Assembly: GCA_040255825.1 (NCBI GenBank)
Contig: JBDZVS010000001.1
Span: 2,867 to 66,866, forward strand
Length of the DNA stretch: 64,000 nt
Source of the DNA: Hyphomicrobiales bacterium
GTDB taxonomy: Bacteria > Pseudomonadota > Alphaproteobacteria > Micropepsales > Micropepsaceae
Direction: 5' to 3'
Position numbers and translations under genes: made by a program
The notes under the pieces: model-generated
Databases searched by the model: none
What the model was told of the DNA's origin: nothing
Seen by the model: the letters and a program-made list of their open reading frames with translations, nothing else
Shown here: positions 44,507-54,567 of the stretch, piece by piece
Layout: every line of letters starts with the position of its first letter
Numbering within the stretch: the first letter of the stretch is position 1

Positions 44507-45667
44507 TTAACCAAAATGCTTGGAGAGTTTCAGGCCCTGGCCCTGATAATTCGACCCCAGGCCCGCGCCATATCCTTCCGGCGGCGGATCGGTCAGCCGC
44601 TCGAACACCAGCCGCCCGATGATCTGTCCATGTTCCAGGATGAAGGGCACCTCGCGCGAGCGCACCTCCAGCACGGCGCGCGCGGCGGGTGGTTTGCCGG
44701 GCGCATAGCCGAAGCCCGGATCGAAGAAGCCAGCATAGTGGACGCGGAATTCGCCGACAAGCGGGTTGAAGGGCACCATCTCGGCGGCATGGTCGGGCGG
44801 GATGGCGACGCGCTCGCGCGACACCAGGATGTAGAACTCGTCCGGGTCCAGCACCATGTCACCGCGCGCGTTGGCCAGGATCGGTTCCCAGAAATCGCCG
44901 GCATCGAGCGTGCCCACACGGTCCACGTCGATCAGGCCGGTATGCTTCTTGGCACGGAACCCGATGCGCCCGTCCTGGTCGGCGCCGCCTTTCAGGTCGA
45001 TGGACAGCGCCAGCCCGCCGTCGATGTTGGGCGCGCTGCTGCCGTCCTCTATGGCCACCAGCGGCACCTGTTCGTTGAGGCGCCTGAGGGCGGCGTCGCT
45101 GAACTGGGGCGAGCCGTGACGGATACGAAGCTGGTTCAGGCGGCTGCCTTTGCGCACCAGCACCGGGAAGGTCTGGGGGCATATCTCGGCATAGAGCGGG
45201 CCGTGATAGCCGGCGGCCACCCGGTCAAAGGCCACGGCCTGATCGGTGATCAGCCGGGTGAAGACGTCGATGCGGCCGGTGGAGCTTTTGGGATTGGCGG
45301 TGCCGGAAATGCGGGCGGAGAATTCCGCCCGCTCCAGCAGCGGCACGATATAGACGCAGCCCGCTTCCAGCACCGCCCCTTCGCTGAGATCGACCTCATG
45401 CATGCGCACATGGGCCAGCCGCTCCGCCACCGTGGCGTTGGGGCCGGGCAGGAAGCTGGCCCGCACCCGGTAGGCCACCGGCCCCAGCCGCAGGTCCAGG
45501 CTGGCAGGCTGGACCTGTCCCGGCGCGAAAGGCTCGCGGGCGACGATCTCCCGCCCCTGCGCGAACAGCCGGCTCAGCACATGGCTGGGCAGGATGCCGG
45601 TGGAGAACCGGCCATAACCGCCTTCCTGGCTGTCCGGGGCGTTCGCGATCTCGGAATGAGCGGCCAT
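44507..45667 (-). CDS. dcd: alphaproteobacterial-type (long) dCTP deaminase
   Basis: TGILPS, QPASLDLRLG, RVRASFLP, ANPKSSTGRIDVFTR, EFRVHYAGFFDPGFG and VLEVRS. Confidence 0.9.
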   Translation of the reverse strand: MAAHSEIANAPDSQEGGYGRFSTGILPSHVLSRLFAQGREIVAREPFAPGQVQPASLDLRLGPVAYRVRASFLPGPNATVAERLAHVRMHEVDLSEGAVLEAGCVYIVPLLERAEFSARISGTANPKSSTGRIDVFTRLITDQAVAFDRVAAGYHGPLYAEICPQTFPVLVRKGSRLNQLRIRHGSPQFSDAALRRLNEQVPLVAIEDGSSAPNIDGGLALSIDLKGGADQDGRIGFRAKKHTGLIDVDRVGTLDAGDFWEPILANARGDMVLDPDEFYILVSRERVAIPPDHAAEMVPFNPLVGEFRVHYAGFFDPGFGYAPGKPPAARAVLEVRSREVPFILEHGQIIGRLVFERLTDPPPEGYGAGLGSNYQGQGLKLSKHFG

Positions 45668-45710
45668 CGGGCGGTTATAAGGGGCGCGCGGGGGGCGGTC
45701 ACGGTCCCCC

Positions 45711-45734
45711 GGCGAAATCCGTGTGGATTTCGCC
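45711..45734. terminator. perfect 10-bp hairpin between the DinG helicase and dcd
   Basis: GGCGAAATCC-GTGT-GGATTTCGCC, immediately after the helicase stop. No clear U tract. Confidence 0.45.
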
Positions 45735-45738
45735 TCAT

Positions 45739-48501
45739 CTAAGAAGGCGTGCCCACAAAAGCCCGGATGTCCTGGATCGCCTCGGCCAGGCCGCAGCGCT
45801 TGACCGGCGCCGCTTCGGGAAAGGCGGTCAGCAGGCGGCTGGGTGTGGCGCCTTCCAGGATCACGAAACAGCCCCGGTCCTGATGTCCCCTTATCAGCCG
45901 GCCGAAGGCCTGCTTCAGACGCAGGCGCGTGATCAGATCGTCATAGCCCTTGCCGAAGCGGGCGCGCCGCGCCTTGTGCAGGATGGTCGGCTTGGGCCAG
46001 GGCACCTTGTCGAACACCACCAGGCGCAGCGAGCGGCCGGGCACGTCCACACCGTCGCGCAAGGCGTCGGTGCCCAGCAGGCAGGCATTCTCTTCGGCCC
46101 GGAACAGATCGACCAATGCGCCCGTGTCCAGCCGGTCGATATGCTGGGCGTAAAGGGTCAGTCCCGCCCCGGCCAGCGGCGCGGCAATGCGGCTCGCCGT
46201 CTCGCGCAGGGCGCGCACCGCGGTAAACAGGCCCAGCGCGCCGCCGCCCGAGGCCAGGAACAGTTCGCGATAGGCTGCCGCCAGCGCCTCGGCATCGCGG
46301 CGCGGAACGTCCTTCACGATGAAGATGCGCGCCTGCTCCTCATAGCGGAAGGGAGAGCCGAAGCTGGCGCGGCGCGCCGGCTGGGGCAAGTGGCCGGCGC
46401 CGGTGCGAACCTCGGCGCTGGCCCAGTGCCCGTTTTCATCGTCCGCGCCGCCGACATCGCGCAAGGTGGCCGATGTGATCAGCGCGCCATGCGCCGGCTC
46501 CAGCACCTCGGCGGCCAAAGGCGCCGTGGGATCGACCCAGTGCCGCGCCAGGCCCACATCGGCGTCGCGGCCATCCTCGCGCACGACCTCCAGCCAGTCG
46601 ACGAACTCCGCCGGGACTTCGCCGTTCTCCAGCGTCTCCAGCATGGCGATCCAGGCCGGCAGGACGCCGCGCGCCCGCCGCTCCAGCCCGCGCGCCGCCG
46701 CATCCAGCCTTGCTTTGGTGTGCGGCTCGAGCGCGGCGGTCTTGTCGTTCATCGCCTTGCGCAGATACAGCGCCAGCCGTGTCAGCGGTTCGGCCAGGCG
46801 GCGCAGGCCGCGCGCCAGTCCGCCGACGGCATCGGCCAGTGCTTCGTCCATGGGCTGGGCTTCGGCCTCCAGCGAATAAAAACGCTCGCCGTCCTGGCTG
46901 TGCGCGCGCACATGGCCATAGGCGGCGGACAGGAACATTTCGCCCGCGCCGCGCGGGGCGCTGCCGATGCGCTGCTGCCATCCTTCACCCGCCAGGACCG
47001 ATGCCGCCAACACCGCTTCCTCCAGTGCTTCCTGCGCCGCTTCGTCATCGGCGATCAGGTCCTTGAGCCGTTCCTCGATTCCGCGCATCCGGCTTCGCGC
47101 GCGCCCCTCCGGCCCGCGGATCCAGCGGCGCAGTTCGGCCATCTCGCGGCCCGACAGCCGGGCCGAGAAGCCGCTGTCGGCGGCATCGAACAGGTGGTGG
47201 CCTTCGTCGAAGACATAGCGCAGGCGCCGCTCGCTGGGCGTGTCGGTGGTCTCGTCCTCGCCGATCCAGTCGCGGGCGCCCACGTCCTGCGATGCCAGAT
47301 TTTGAGCGGATTGGGCGATCACCAGCGCGTGGTTGGCCACCACGATGGCGGCATGGCGGGCGCGACGCACGGCATGCTCGATGAAGCAGGTGCGGTAATG
47401 CGGACAGGCGGCATAGATGCATTCGCCGCGCCGGTCGGTGACGGCGCTGAGCGGCATGAAGGAGGCCAGAAACGCCGGAAAGCCCGCGCCCGACAGGTCG
47501 CCGTCGGTGCCCGACTGCACCCAGCGCGCGATCAGCGCCAATGCCACGCTGCGCTGGCCGGGCGCCAGGGCGGTCCGCTTTAACGCCTCCTCGAAGTTCA
47601 GCAGGCAGAGATAGTTTTCGCGCCCCTTGCGCACCACAGCCTTCTGCGCGCGCTCCGCCGGATCGGGCCACAGGCGGGCGATCTCCTGCACGATCTGGCG
47701 CTGCAGGTTGCGGGTATAGGTGCTGATCCAAAGGCCCGGACCGTTCTGCTCGGCCCACAGGCTGGCGGGCGCCAGATAGCCCAGCGTCTTGCCGGTGCCG
47801 GTACCCGCTTCCACCAGCGCCACGCGCGGGCTGCCCGCCTGTTCGCGCGGCCCAAAGGCATAGCTTGCCGCCTCGGCATAGGCCGCCTGCTCCGGCCGCA
47901 TCTCATCGACCAGCCGCGCCAGGCGCGCGCGTGCCTGGCCCGGCTCGACCGGCTGCGAGCCGGGCTTTCCGGGCGGCGGCGCATCTTCCCACTGCTCGAG
48001 GCCGCGCCAGGCTTCCAGCCCGGCGATGGGCGAGCCGTGCGCCGCCTCGCCCGCATGCGCCTTCAGCAGCGGTGCCCAGCGCCAGCCCGCGCGTTCCAGG
48101 GTGCCGATCATGGGGGCCAGGGCCCTGCGTTCCTCTTCGGGCCAGCCGGCGAATTCCGCCAGTAGCGCGTGCGCGACCGTGAACAGGCTGGCGGCGGCGT
48201 CTTCCGGCGCTCGCGGCACGCTCAGGCCCAGGGCGCGGCAAAGGCCCAGGGCGCTTGGCGCGAAAGGCCGGCCCGGCCGCACAAAGGCGAACAGTTCCAG
48301 CACGTCGAACAGCATGGGCCCGGCGCGCAGGCCCAGCCGGCCCGCGACGAAGCCGCCATGGGCCACCAGCACCTCGCCACTCTCGAACAGCGGGCGCGCG
48401 TCGTGAAGGCCGGCGCGCTCGGTGGCGCCGTCGGCGCGCGCGAGCGCGGCGCCGGGCGGCGCGGGCACAAGCGCGGTCAGATCGTCAGGGAATCCGGTCA
48501 T
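45739..48501 (-). CDS. ATP-dependent DNA helicase, DinG/YoaA family
   Basis: EAGTGTGKTLGYL, RKGRENYLC, Fe-S cysteines ECIYAACPHYRTCF, VANHAL, FDEGHH, LITSATL, DGVDVPG and LKQAFGRLIR. Confidence 0.92.
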   Translation of the reverse strand: MTGFPDDLTALVPAPPGAALARADGATERAGLHDARPLFESGEVLVAHGGFVAGRLGLRAGPMLFDVLELFAFVRPGRPFAPSALGLCRALGLSVPRAPEDAAASLFTVAHALLAEFAGWPEEERRALAPMIGTLERAGWRWAPLLKAHAGEAAHGSPIAGLEAWRGLEQWEDAPPPGKPGSQPVEPGQARARLARLVDEMRPEQAAYAEAASYAFGPREQAGSPRVALVEAGTGTGKTLGYLAPASLWAEQNGPGLWISTYTRNLQRQIVQEIARLWPDPAERAQKAVVRKGRENYLCLLNFEEALKRTALAPGQRSVALALIARWVQSGTDGDLSGAGFPAFLASFMPLSAVTDRRGECIYAACPHYRTCFIEHAVRRARHAAIVVANHALVIAQSAQNLASQDVGARDWIGEDETTDTPSERRLRYVFDEGHHLFDAADSGFSARLSGREMAELRRWIRGPEGRARSRMRGIEERLKDLIADDEAAQEALEEAVLAASVLAGEGWQQRIGSAPRGAGEMFLSAAYGHVRAHSQDGERFYSLEAEAQPMDEALADAVGGLARGLRRLAEPLTRLALYLRKAMNDKTAALEPHTKARLDAAARGLERRARGVLPAWIAMLETLENGEVPAEFVDWLEVVREDGRDADVGLARHWVDPTAPLAAEVLEPAHGALITSATLRDVGGADDENGHWASAEVRTGAGHLPQPARRASFGSPFRYEEQARIFIVKDVPRRDAEALAAAYRELFLASGGGALGLFTAVRALRETASRIAAPLAGAGLTLYAQHIDRLDTGALVDLFRAEENACLLGTDALRDGVDVPGRSLRLVVFDKVPWPKPTILHKARRARFGKGYDDLITRLRLKQAFGRLIRGHQDRGCFVILEGATPSRLLTAFPEAAPVKRCGLAEAIQDIRAFVGTPS

Positions 48502-48557
48502 GGGGGCCGCGATCATGCGGCGGCGGCCGGCAAACTGGTAGGATTATCTTTGCAGCG

Positions 48558-50678
48558 CTATGCCACCTCGGGATACAGGTGGACCAGCGCCTGGCGGGCG
48601 CGCATATGCTCGCCGATCACCAGTTGCGCCGCGTTGCGCAGCGCATGGCGATCGACGCCCTCGCGCGCTGCAGCCGCGAATTGCCGCGCCGCCTGCGTGA
48701 TGGCCAGAAGGCCCAACCCGCCCGCCGCGCCGACAATGTCCTGCGCCAGGCGCACGGCATCGTCCCATTTCTCCTCGTTGCACGCATCCGACAGCGCCGT
48801 GATCAGTTCCTCGGCGGTAACGACATAGCATTGCAGGATCTCGACCAGCACCTTTGCGCCGACCGACTTCTCCAGCGTACTGAAGGCGATGGCGTCGATC
48901 GCGGCTGGAACTTCGGGCCCCTGTCCCTGCTCGCCGGCTTGCGAGGCGGCCTGCGAGACATCCTCCAGCGCGAAATAGATCTGGTCGGCCTCCACAGGCC
49001 AGCGCAGCACCTTGTCGGTGGCGGCGGGGGCGCGGTCGCCCCGCAGCAGGACGGCGATCAGCGGCGCCTTGACCCCGGGTGCCGCCGCCAGCATGTCCGC
49101 GTCGCCGCCGCCCGTGATGATGGCGTCGAAATGGCTCCGTCCGGCACGCACGATCGCGTCGGTGATGGTCTCGGCATGGGTTACGCGGTTGCCGAAGGGT
49201 TCCAGCATGCGGGCCAAGGCGGCGCCCACCAGGGGCGCGCGGAGGAACAACAGCACCGACAGGCCGGTCGGCGGCGCATGCTGCGGTATCGATTCCGCTT
49301 CGGGCGGCGCGGCCAGGCCCGAGACCGGCAGGACGAACCAGAATTGCGCGCCTTCGCCGGGTGTGCTGGTAAATCCGATCTCGCCGCCCGCCTGCTCGAT
49401 CACGCGCTTGGCCACTGCCAGCCCCAGGCCCGCGCCCTGTTCCTTGCGCGCATAGGAGGAATCGCCGGGCGAAAAGGGACTGAACAGGACCTGCGCGACC
49501 TCCGGGGCGACGCCGTGGCCCGTATCGGTGACGGTGAAGCGGACGGACTTTCCGTCCTCGCCCATATCCAGGCGGACGTCGACCAGGCCGCGCTCGGTGA
49601 ATTTCAGCGCGTTGTCGGTGAGCTTCAGCAGCACCTGGCGCACCTTGCGCGGATCGGCCGCCACCCGCGGCAGGCCCGAAGCCGCGCTCAACGTCAGATG
49701 CAGGCGCTTTTCCCAGGCGCGCGGCTGCAACAGGCGGGCTACCGCGCGCGCGGCCTGCACGGGATCGCAGTCCTCGTCCTCGAGCCGGTCTTCCTCGTCG
49801 CGGGTCAGGGCGATGACGTCGTCGATCAGGGTCTGAAGGCCCAGGCCCGCCTGCAACATCACCTTCACATGGTCGGCCTGCTGCTTGGGCAGGGCGGCGC
49901 GCTCCAGAAGCTGGGCCATGCCCAGAAGGGCGTTGAGCGGCGTGCGCAGTTCGTGGCTGATGTTGGCGATGAAGGTGGACTTGGCCAGGGCGCTGCTCTC
50001 GGCGGCATCGCGGGCGGCCAGTGCCTCGCGGCTCTCGCGCCTCAGGCGGACCACCAGCTCGCCATTCTCGTTGCGCAGGTGGATGCTTTCATCCAGCAGC
50101 CGCGCCATGCCATGGCAATAGCTGATCAGCACGCCGGCGAAGAGCACGATCAGAACCGCACTCAAATCGGCATAAAGGCCGCCCTGGATCAGTAGAAGCG
50201 CCACCAGTGGCCCCAGCGCGAACAACGTGTGGGCAATATAAGCCGGACGGTGCGCCGAACGGGCGATGAACTCGGTGGCGGTCATGCCCAGAAAGGCCAG
50301 GCTGAGATAGGCCTCGGCCGGGAAGGAATTCCACACGAACCAGAATATGGCGGCCACGCCCCAACTGGCGCCGGCGATGGCCGAGACGAATGTATAGCGC
50401 CGCGCCCAGTAATGGGGATCGGCGCCGGCATCGTTTGAAGGATCGCGCTGGCGATAGGCGGTGGTGAGCTGCTCGGCGGCGATCACCACGGCGATCTGCA
50501 GAACCAGCGGCATCAGCAGGGCCGCGGAAGGCGGATTTCCCCCGATCAGGGTGGCGGGCACGCACAGGACGGCGAAGGGCAACGACAGATAGTGCCGCCC
50601 CAACGCGTAAAGCACGTCGATGCGCCCCGCGAATATCGCGTCCGCATGTCGCGGGCTGGCCGGATTCTCAACGGTCAT
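48558..50678 (-). CDS. membrane hybrid histidine kinase with degenerate receiver and HPt-like domains
   Basis: N-terminal multi-TM region. H-box SHELRTPLN, DNALKF, DTGHG and GAGLGL. The receiver-like segment lacks the Asp and Lys, and the HPt-like segment reads AQDIVG. Confidence 0.85.
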   Translation of the reverse strand: MTVENPASPRHADAIFAGRIDVLYALGRHYLSLPFAVLCVPATLIGGNPPSAALLMPLVLQIAVVIAAEQLTTAYRQRDPSNDAGADPHYWARRYTFVSAIAGASWGVAAIFWFVWNSFPAEAYLSLAFLGMTATEFIARSAHRPAYIAHTLFALGPLVALLLIQGGLYADLSAVLIVLFAGVLISYCHGMARLLDESIHLRNENGELVVRLRRESREALAARDAAESSALAKSTFIANISHELRTPLNALLGMAQLLERAALPKQQADHVKVMLQAGLGLQTLIDDVIALTRDEEDRLEDEDCDPVQAARAVARLLQPRAWEKRLHLTLSAASGLPRVAADPRKVRQVLLKLTDNALKFTERGLVDVRLDMGEDGKSVRFTVTDTGHGVAPEVAQVLFSPFSPGDSSYARKEQGAGLGLAVAKRVIEQAGGEIGFTSTPGEGAQFWFVLPVSGLAAPPEAESIPQHAPPTGLSVLLFLRAPLVGAALARMLEPFGNRVTHAETITDAIVRAGRSHFDAIITGGGDADMLAAAPGVKAPLIAVLLRGDRAPAATDKVLRWPVEADQIYFALEDVSQAASQAGEQGQGPEVPAAIDAIAFSTLEKSVGAKVLVEILQCYVVTAEELITALSDACNEEKWDDAVRLAQDIVGAAGGLGLLAITQAARQFAAAAREGVDRHALRNAAQLVIGEHMRARQALVHLYPEVA

Positions 50679-50767
50679 TGCGCAATTCCCCGTGGAAGAA
50701 TAGCTTTCGCGCCTTTCAAATCGCTTAAAGTTCCGATTGACGGAAAATGAATCCTCCAGTGAAAAAC

Positions 50768-52345
50768 ATGGCCGAACAGGCGCTTGCGGCCAAAGCCTGG
50801 CCGTTTGAGGAGGCCCGCAAGCTTTTGGCGCGCCTGACGCGCCGCCGCGCGCGCGGCGAACGGGTGGACAGGGTCCTGTTCGAGACCGGCTATGGCCCCT
50901 CCGGATTGCCGCACATCGGCACCTTCGGAGAGGTCGCGCGCACGAGCTGGGTGCGCCACGCCTTCGAGACCATCAGCGACATCCCGACCCACCTGATCGC
51001 CTTTTCCGACGACATGGACGGGCTTCGCAAGGTGCCGGACAACCTGCCGCAACAGGAGATGCTGGCCGCCCATCTCGGCAAGCCCCTGACCGCGATTCCC
51101 GATCCCTTCGGCACCCATGCCAGCTTCGGCGATCACATGAATGCGCGGCTGCGCTCCTTCCTGGACAGGTTCGGCTTCCGCTATGAGTTCTATTCCTCCA
51201 CCGCCACCTACAAGTCGGGCCGGTTCGACGCCGCGCTGCTGCGCATCCTGGCCAATTACGACAAGGTGATGGCCGTGATGCTGCCCACGCTGGGTCAGGA
51301 GCGGCAGCAGACCTATTCACCCTTCCTGCCGGTCTCGCCCCGTTCGGGCAGGGTGTTGCTGGCCAGGGTCGTGGGCCGAGACGTGGAGAAGGGCACCATC
51401 ACCTATATCGAGGAGGATGGCAGCGAGGAGACGGTGCCGGTCACCGGCGGCCACTGCAAGCTGCAATGGAAGCCGGATTTCGGCATGCGCTGGGCGGCGC
51501 TGGGCGTGGATTACGAGATGTTCGGCAAGGATCATCTCTCGCAGGCGCCGCTCTATGACGCCATCTGCCGCATTGCCGGTGGCGAGCCGCCGCAGCAGCT
51601 CGTCTACGAGATGTTCCTGGACGACAAGGGCCAGAAGATCTCCAAGTCCAAGGGCAACGGCATCAGCCTGGAGGACTGGCTCACCTATGGGCCGCCCGAA
51701 TCGCTGGCGCTGTTCATGTTCCAGAAGCCGCGCGTCGCCAAGCGGCTCCATTTCGACGTCATCCCCAAGGCGGTGGACGACTATATCGCCTTTCTCGACG
51801 CCTATCACTCCAACGGCACCACCGAGCAGCAGCGGCTGGAAAATCCGGTCTGGCACATCCATGGCGGATGTCCGCCGGACGAGCGCTATCCGGTCAGCTT
51901 CGCGCTGCTGCTCAATCTCGTCTCCGCCTCCCATGCCCACAATCACGACGTGCTTTGGGGATTCATCCGCCGCTATGCGCCGGGCGCGACGCCAAAGGAC
52001 AATCCGGGATTGGAAAAGCTGGTCGGCTATGCCCTGCGCTATTACGAGGATTTCGTGAAGCCGGCCAAGACCTATCGCGTTCCCGATGCGCGCGAGCGGG
52101 CAGCACTGGTGGACCTGGCGGAACGGCTGGAGGCGCTGGGCGCGACCATCGACGGCGCCGAGATCCAGAATGTGGTCTATGAGGTGGGCAAGGCACACGG
52201 TTTCGAGCCGCTGCGCGCCTGGTTCGGCGCGCTTTACGAAGTGCTGCTCGGCCAGACCCAGGGACCGCGCTTCGGGTCTTTTGCCGCGCTGTTCGGCTGC
52301 GCCGAGACCGCCGCGATGATCCGCGCGCGGCTGGCCGCGAACTGA
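50768..52345 (+). CDS. lysS: class I lysyl-tRNA synthetase
   Basis: [53 protein letters not shown] and GPRFGSF. Confidence 0.97.
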   Translation: MAEQALAAKAWPFEEARKLLARLTRRRARGERVDRVLFETGYGPSGLPHIGTFGEVARTSWVRHAFETISDIPTHLIAFSDDMDGLRKVPDNLPQQEMLAAHLGKPLTAIPDPFGTHASFGDHMNARLRSFLDRFGFRYEFYSSTATYKSGRFDAALLRILANYDKVMAVMLPTLGQERQQTYSPFLPVSPRSGRVLLARVVGRDVEKGTITYIEEDGSEETVPVTGGHCKLQWKPDFGMRWAALGVDYEMFGKDHLSQAPLYDAICRIAGGEPPQQLVYEMFLDDKGQKISKSKGNGISLEDWLTYGPPESLALFMFQKPRVAKRLHFDVIPKAVDDYIAFLDAYHSNGTTEQQRLENPVWHIHGGCPPDERYPVSFALLLNLVSASHAHNHDVLWGFIRRYAPGATPKDNPGLEKLVGYALRYYEDFVKPAKTYRVPDARERAALVDLAERLEALGATIDGAEIQNVVYEVGKAHGFEPLRAWFGALYEVLLGQTQGPRFGSFAALFGCAETAAMIRARLAAN

Positions 52346-52372
52346 TCTTTCCGCGAACAGAAGCCCTACTCC

Positions 52373-52690
52373 CCCTTCGGCGCGTGGCGCCTGGAAGGGG
52401 GAGATGTCGCAACGATGGGTCGGCGGAGCCGACCGAGTTGCGACAGATTCAGAAGAAATCCCTTCGGCGCGTGGCGCCTGGAAGGGGGAGATGTCGCAAC
52501 GATGGGTCGGCGGAGCCGACCGAGTTGCGACAGAGGGGGTTCAGCAAGAAATCCCTTCGGCGCGTGGCGCCTGGAAGGGGGAGATGTCGCAACGATGAGT
52601 CGGCGGAGCCGACCGAGTTGCGACAGAGGGGGTTCAGCAAGAAATCCCCTCGGCGCGCGGCGCCTGGACGCGAAGGCCGGAGGGATTTAA
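52373..52690. repeat. tandem array of about 3.5 palindromic units (87, 93 and 93 bp, plus a partial unit)
   Basis: Units start at 52373, 52460, 52553 and 52646. Each has CCCTTC-GGCGCGTGGCGCC-TGGAAGGG and TGTCGCAAC..GGTCGGC-GGA-GCCGACC..GTTGCGACA nested hairpins. Located between convergent lysS and the S24 gene. Confidence 0.92.
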
Positions 52691-52692
52691 TG

Positions 52693-53328
52693 TTATTGAG
52701 ACGCCCAGATGATCCGGTGCACGAAAGCGATCTCGCTGAGCGCGAAGCTGCGATCCTCGAATTGCGGATTGAAGGATCTGAGCTCGATGCGCTGGGCGGT
52801 CATGCGGCCGAGCTGCTTGGCCATCACCTCTCCGCCATGGGTCTTGACCACCACGCGGTCGCCCCGCCGCAGCGACCCGGAGGGCGAGACCACGATGCGG
52901 TCGCCGTCGCGATAGACCGGCAGCATGGAATCGCCGATGATCTCCAGCGCATAACAATGCTCGTCGGCGATGTCGGGAAAGGCGATGTCCTCCCAGCCCG
53001 AGCCTGCGGGAAAGCCGGCATCGTCGAAATAGCCGTCGGTGCCCGCCTGGGCCATGCCGATCAGCGGCACCATGCGGATGCGCCCGGCCCGGCCGGACCC
53101 CTCGCTGACCAGGGCGACGAAATCCTCCAGGCTCGCTCCAGTCGCGGCCAGAACCTTGGCGATGCTCTCGGTCGAGGGCCATCTGAGCTTTCCGGTCGCG
53201 GTGCCGCGCTTGCTCTTGTTAAAAGTGGTGGGATCGAGGCCCGCGATCTTGGCCAGACCGGAAGGCGACATGCCATGCCGGGCGGCAAGGGCGTCGATGG
53301 CGCGCCAGATCTGCGGATGCGTCAGCAT
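52693..53328 (-). CDS. XRE helix-turn-helix / S24 peptidase (CI/LexA-like) regulator
   Basis: LTHPQIWRAIDALA..SPSGLAK.AGLDPTTFNKSKR, RWPSTESIAK, Ala-Gly site QAG, GDSM (Ser) and MAK (Lys). Confidence 0.88.
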   Translation of the reverse strand: MLTHPQIWRAIDALAARHGMSPSGLAKIAGLDPTTFNKSKRGTATGKLRWPSTESIAKVLAATGASLEDFVALVSEGSGRAGRIRMVPLIGMAQAGTDGYFDDAGFPAGSGWEDIAFPDIADEHCYALEIIGDSMLPVYRDGDRIVVSPSGSLRRGDRVVVKTHGGEVMAKQLGRMTAQRIELRSFNPQFEDRSFALSEIAFVHRIIWASQ

Positions 53329-53457
53329 GGAGATTAACAGTTTAGGAATCAAACCGGACTTTACGGCTATTATTCCTATGATAGAAGGGTCGCGGGTGCG
53401 CGTCCAGAGGGTATTGGCGGCCCGCTGCACGCGGACGGATTAAATCGGAGAGGTCTG

Positions 53458-54531
53458 GTGGGAATATTCGAGCTGGGGGCCGATCTGGCGGCAGGGGCCC
53501 TGCGGGGCTTGGAGGCGGAAACCGCCCACCGGGCCACCATCCGGCTGCTGAAGATGGGGGGATCGATGGTTCCGGCCCGGGGACCGGACGATCCCCGCCT
53601 GGCCGTTCAGGCGTTCGGCATGGCGTTCCCCAATCCGGTGGGCCTGGCCGCGGGCTTCGACAAGGATGCCCAGGTGCCGGACACGATGGCCCGCTTTGGC
53701 TTCGGTTTCGTCGAATGCGGCACGGTCACGCCCCGGCCGCAGGCGGGCAATCCCCGCCCGCGCCTGTTCCGGCTGGCCGAGGATCGGGCCGTGATCAACC
53801 GCATGGGCTTCAACAATGGCGGCATGGCGGCCGCCGCCGCGAACCTCAAGGCCCGCCGCGGCCGGGGCATCGTCGGCATCAATATCGGGGCCAACAAGGA
53901 CAGCGCCGACCGCATCGCCGATTACGCCGCCTGCTATGCCGTACTGGCGCCGCTGGCCGATTATGTGACGGTGAATGTCTCCTCGCCGAACACGCCGGGC
54001 CTTCGCGGCCTGCAGAATCGCGAGGAGTTGACGCGCCTGCTGGGCAGCCTGCTGGATTTGCGCGCCAGGACCGTGATGAGGCCGCTGCTGCTGAAGATCG
54101 CGCCCGACCTGGACGGCCATGCGCTGGACGAGATCGCTGAGGTCGTGCGTGGCGGCGCCATCGCCGGCGGTATTGAGGGCCTGATCGTCTCCAACACCAC
54201 TATCGCGCGCCCCGCTCTCCGGTCGGCGCATGCGGGCGAGGCGGGCGGCCTTTCCGGAGCGCCGCTGTTCGAGCCGTCGACCCGCATCCTGGGTGAGATG
54301 TACCAGCGGCTGGGTGGGGCGGTGACCCTGGTCGGGGTGGGCGGCATCGCCAGCGGCGCCGACGCCTATGCCAAGATCCGGGCCGGCGCCTCGCTGGTCC
54401 AGCTTTACAGCGCGCTGGCGCTGGAAGGTCCCGGCCTGGTGGGCCGCATCAAGCGGGACCTGGCGACCCTCCTGGTCCGCGATGGCCATGCCTCGGTAGT
54501 TTCGGCGGTGGGAACCGGCGTCGGATCGTGA
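53458..54531 (+). CDS. pyrD: quinone-dependent dihydroorotate dehydrogenase
   Basis: [59 protein letters not shown] and VQLYSAL. Confidence 0.96.
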   Translation: MGIFELGADLAAGALRGLEAETAHRATIRLLKMGGSMVPARGPDDPRLAVQAFGMAFPNPVGLAAGFDKDAQVPDTMARFGFGFVECGTVTPRPQAGNPRPRLFRLAEDRAVINRMGFNNGGMAAAAANLKARRGRGIVGINIGANKDSADRIADYAACYAVLAPLADYVTVNVSSPNTPGLRGLQNREELTRLLGSLLDLRARTVMRPLLLKIAPDLDGHALDEIAEVVRGGAIAGGIEGLIVSNTTIARPALRSAHAGEAGGLSGAPLFEPSTRILGEMYQRLGGAVTLVGVGGIASGADAYAKIRAGASLVQLYSALALEGPGLVGRIKRDLATLLVRDGHASVVSAVGTGVGS

Positions 54532-54567
54532 AATTGACGGTTTGTCACGATCGGCTAAGCTTCCGGC

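Noticed and set aside
45739-48501. DinG helicase as part of a type IV CRISPR or defence system
   Set aside because: It sits among housekeeping genes (dcd, lysS) with no csf or cas neighbours, so it is an ordinary chromosomal DinG/YoaA.
50768-52345. Class I LysRS as a sign of archaeal gene transfer
   Set aside because: Class I LysRS is the normal form in many Alphaproteobacteria.
52373-52690. CRISPR array
   Set aside because: Units are near-identical over their full length with no unique spacers, and no cas genes are present in the window.
52384-53337. 317-aa plus-strand ORF with repeated peptide RRVAPGRGRCRND...
   Set aside because: It results from repeat units whose lengths are multiples of 3, and it runs antisense to the well-supported XRE/S24 gene.
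53334-53348. CtrA box (TTAA-N7-TTAA)
   Set aside because: Only one TTAA half-site is present, and the second half is not at the correct spacing.
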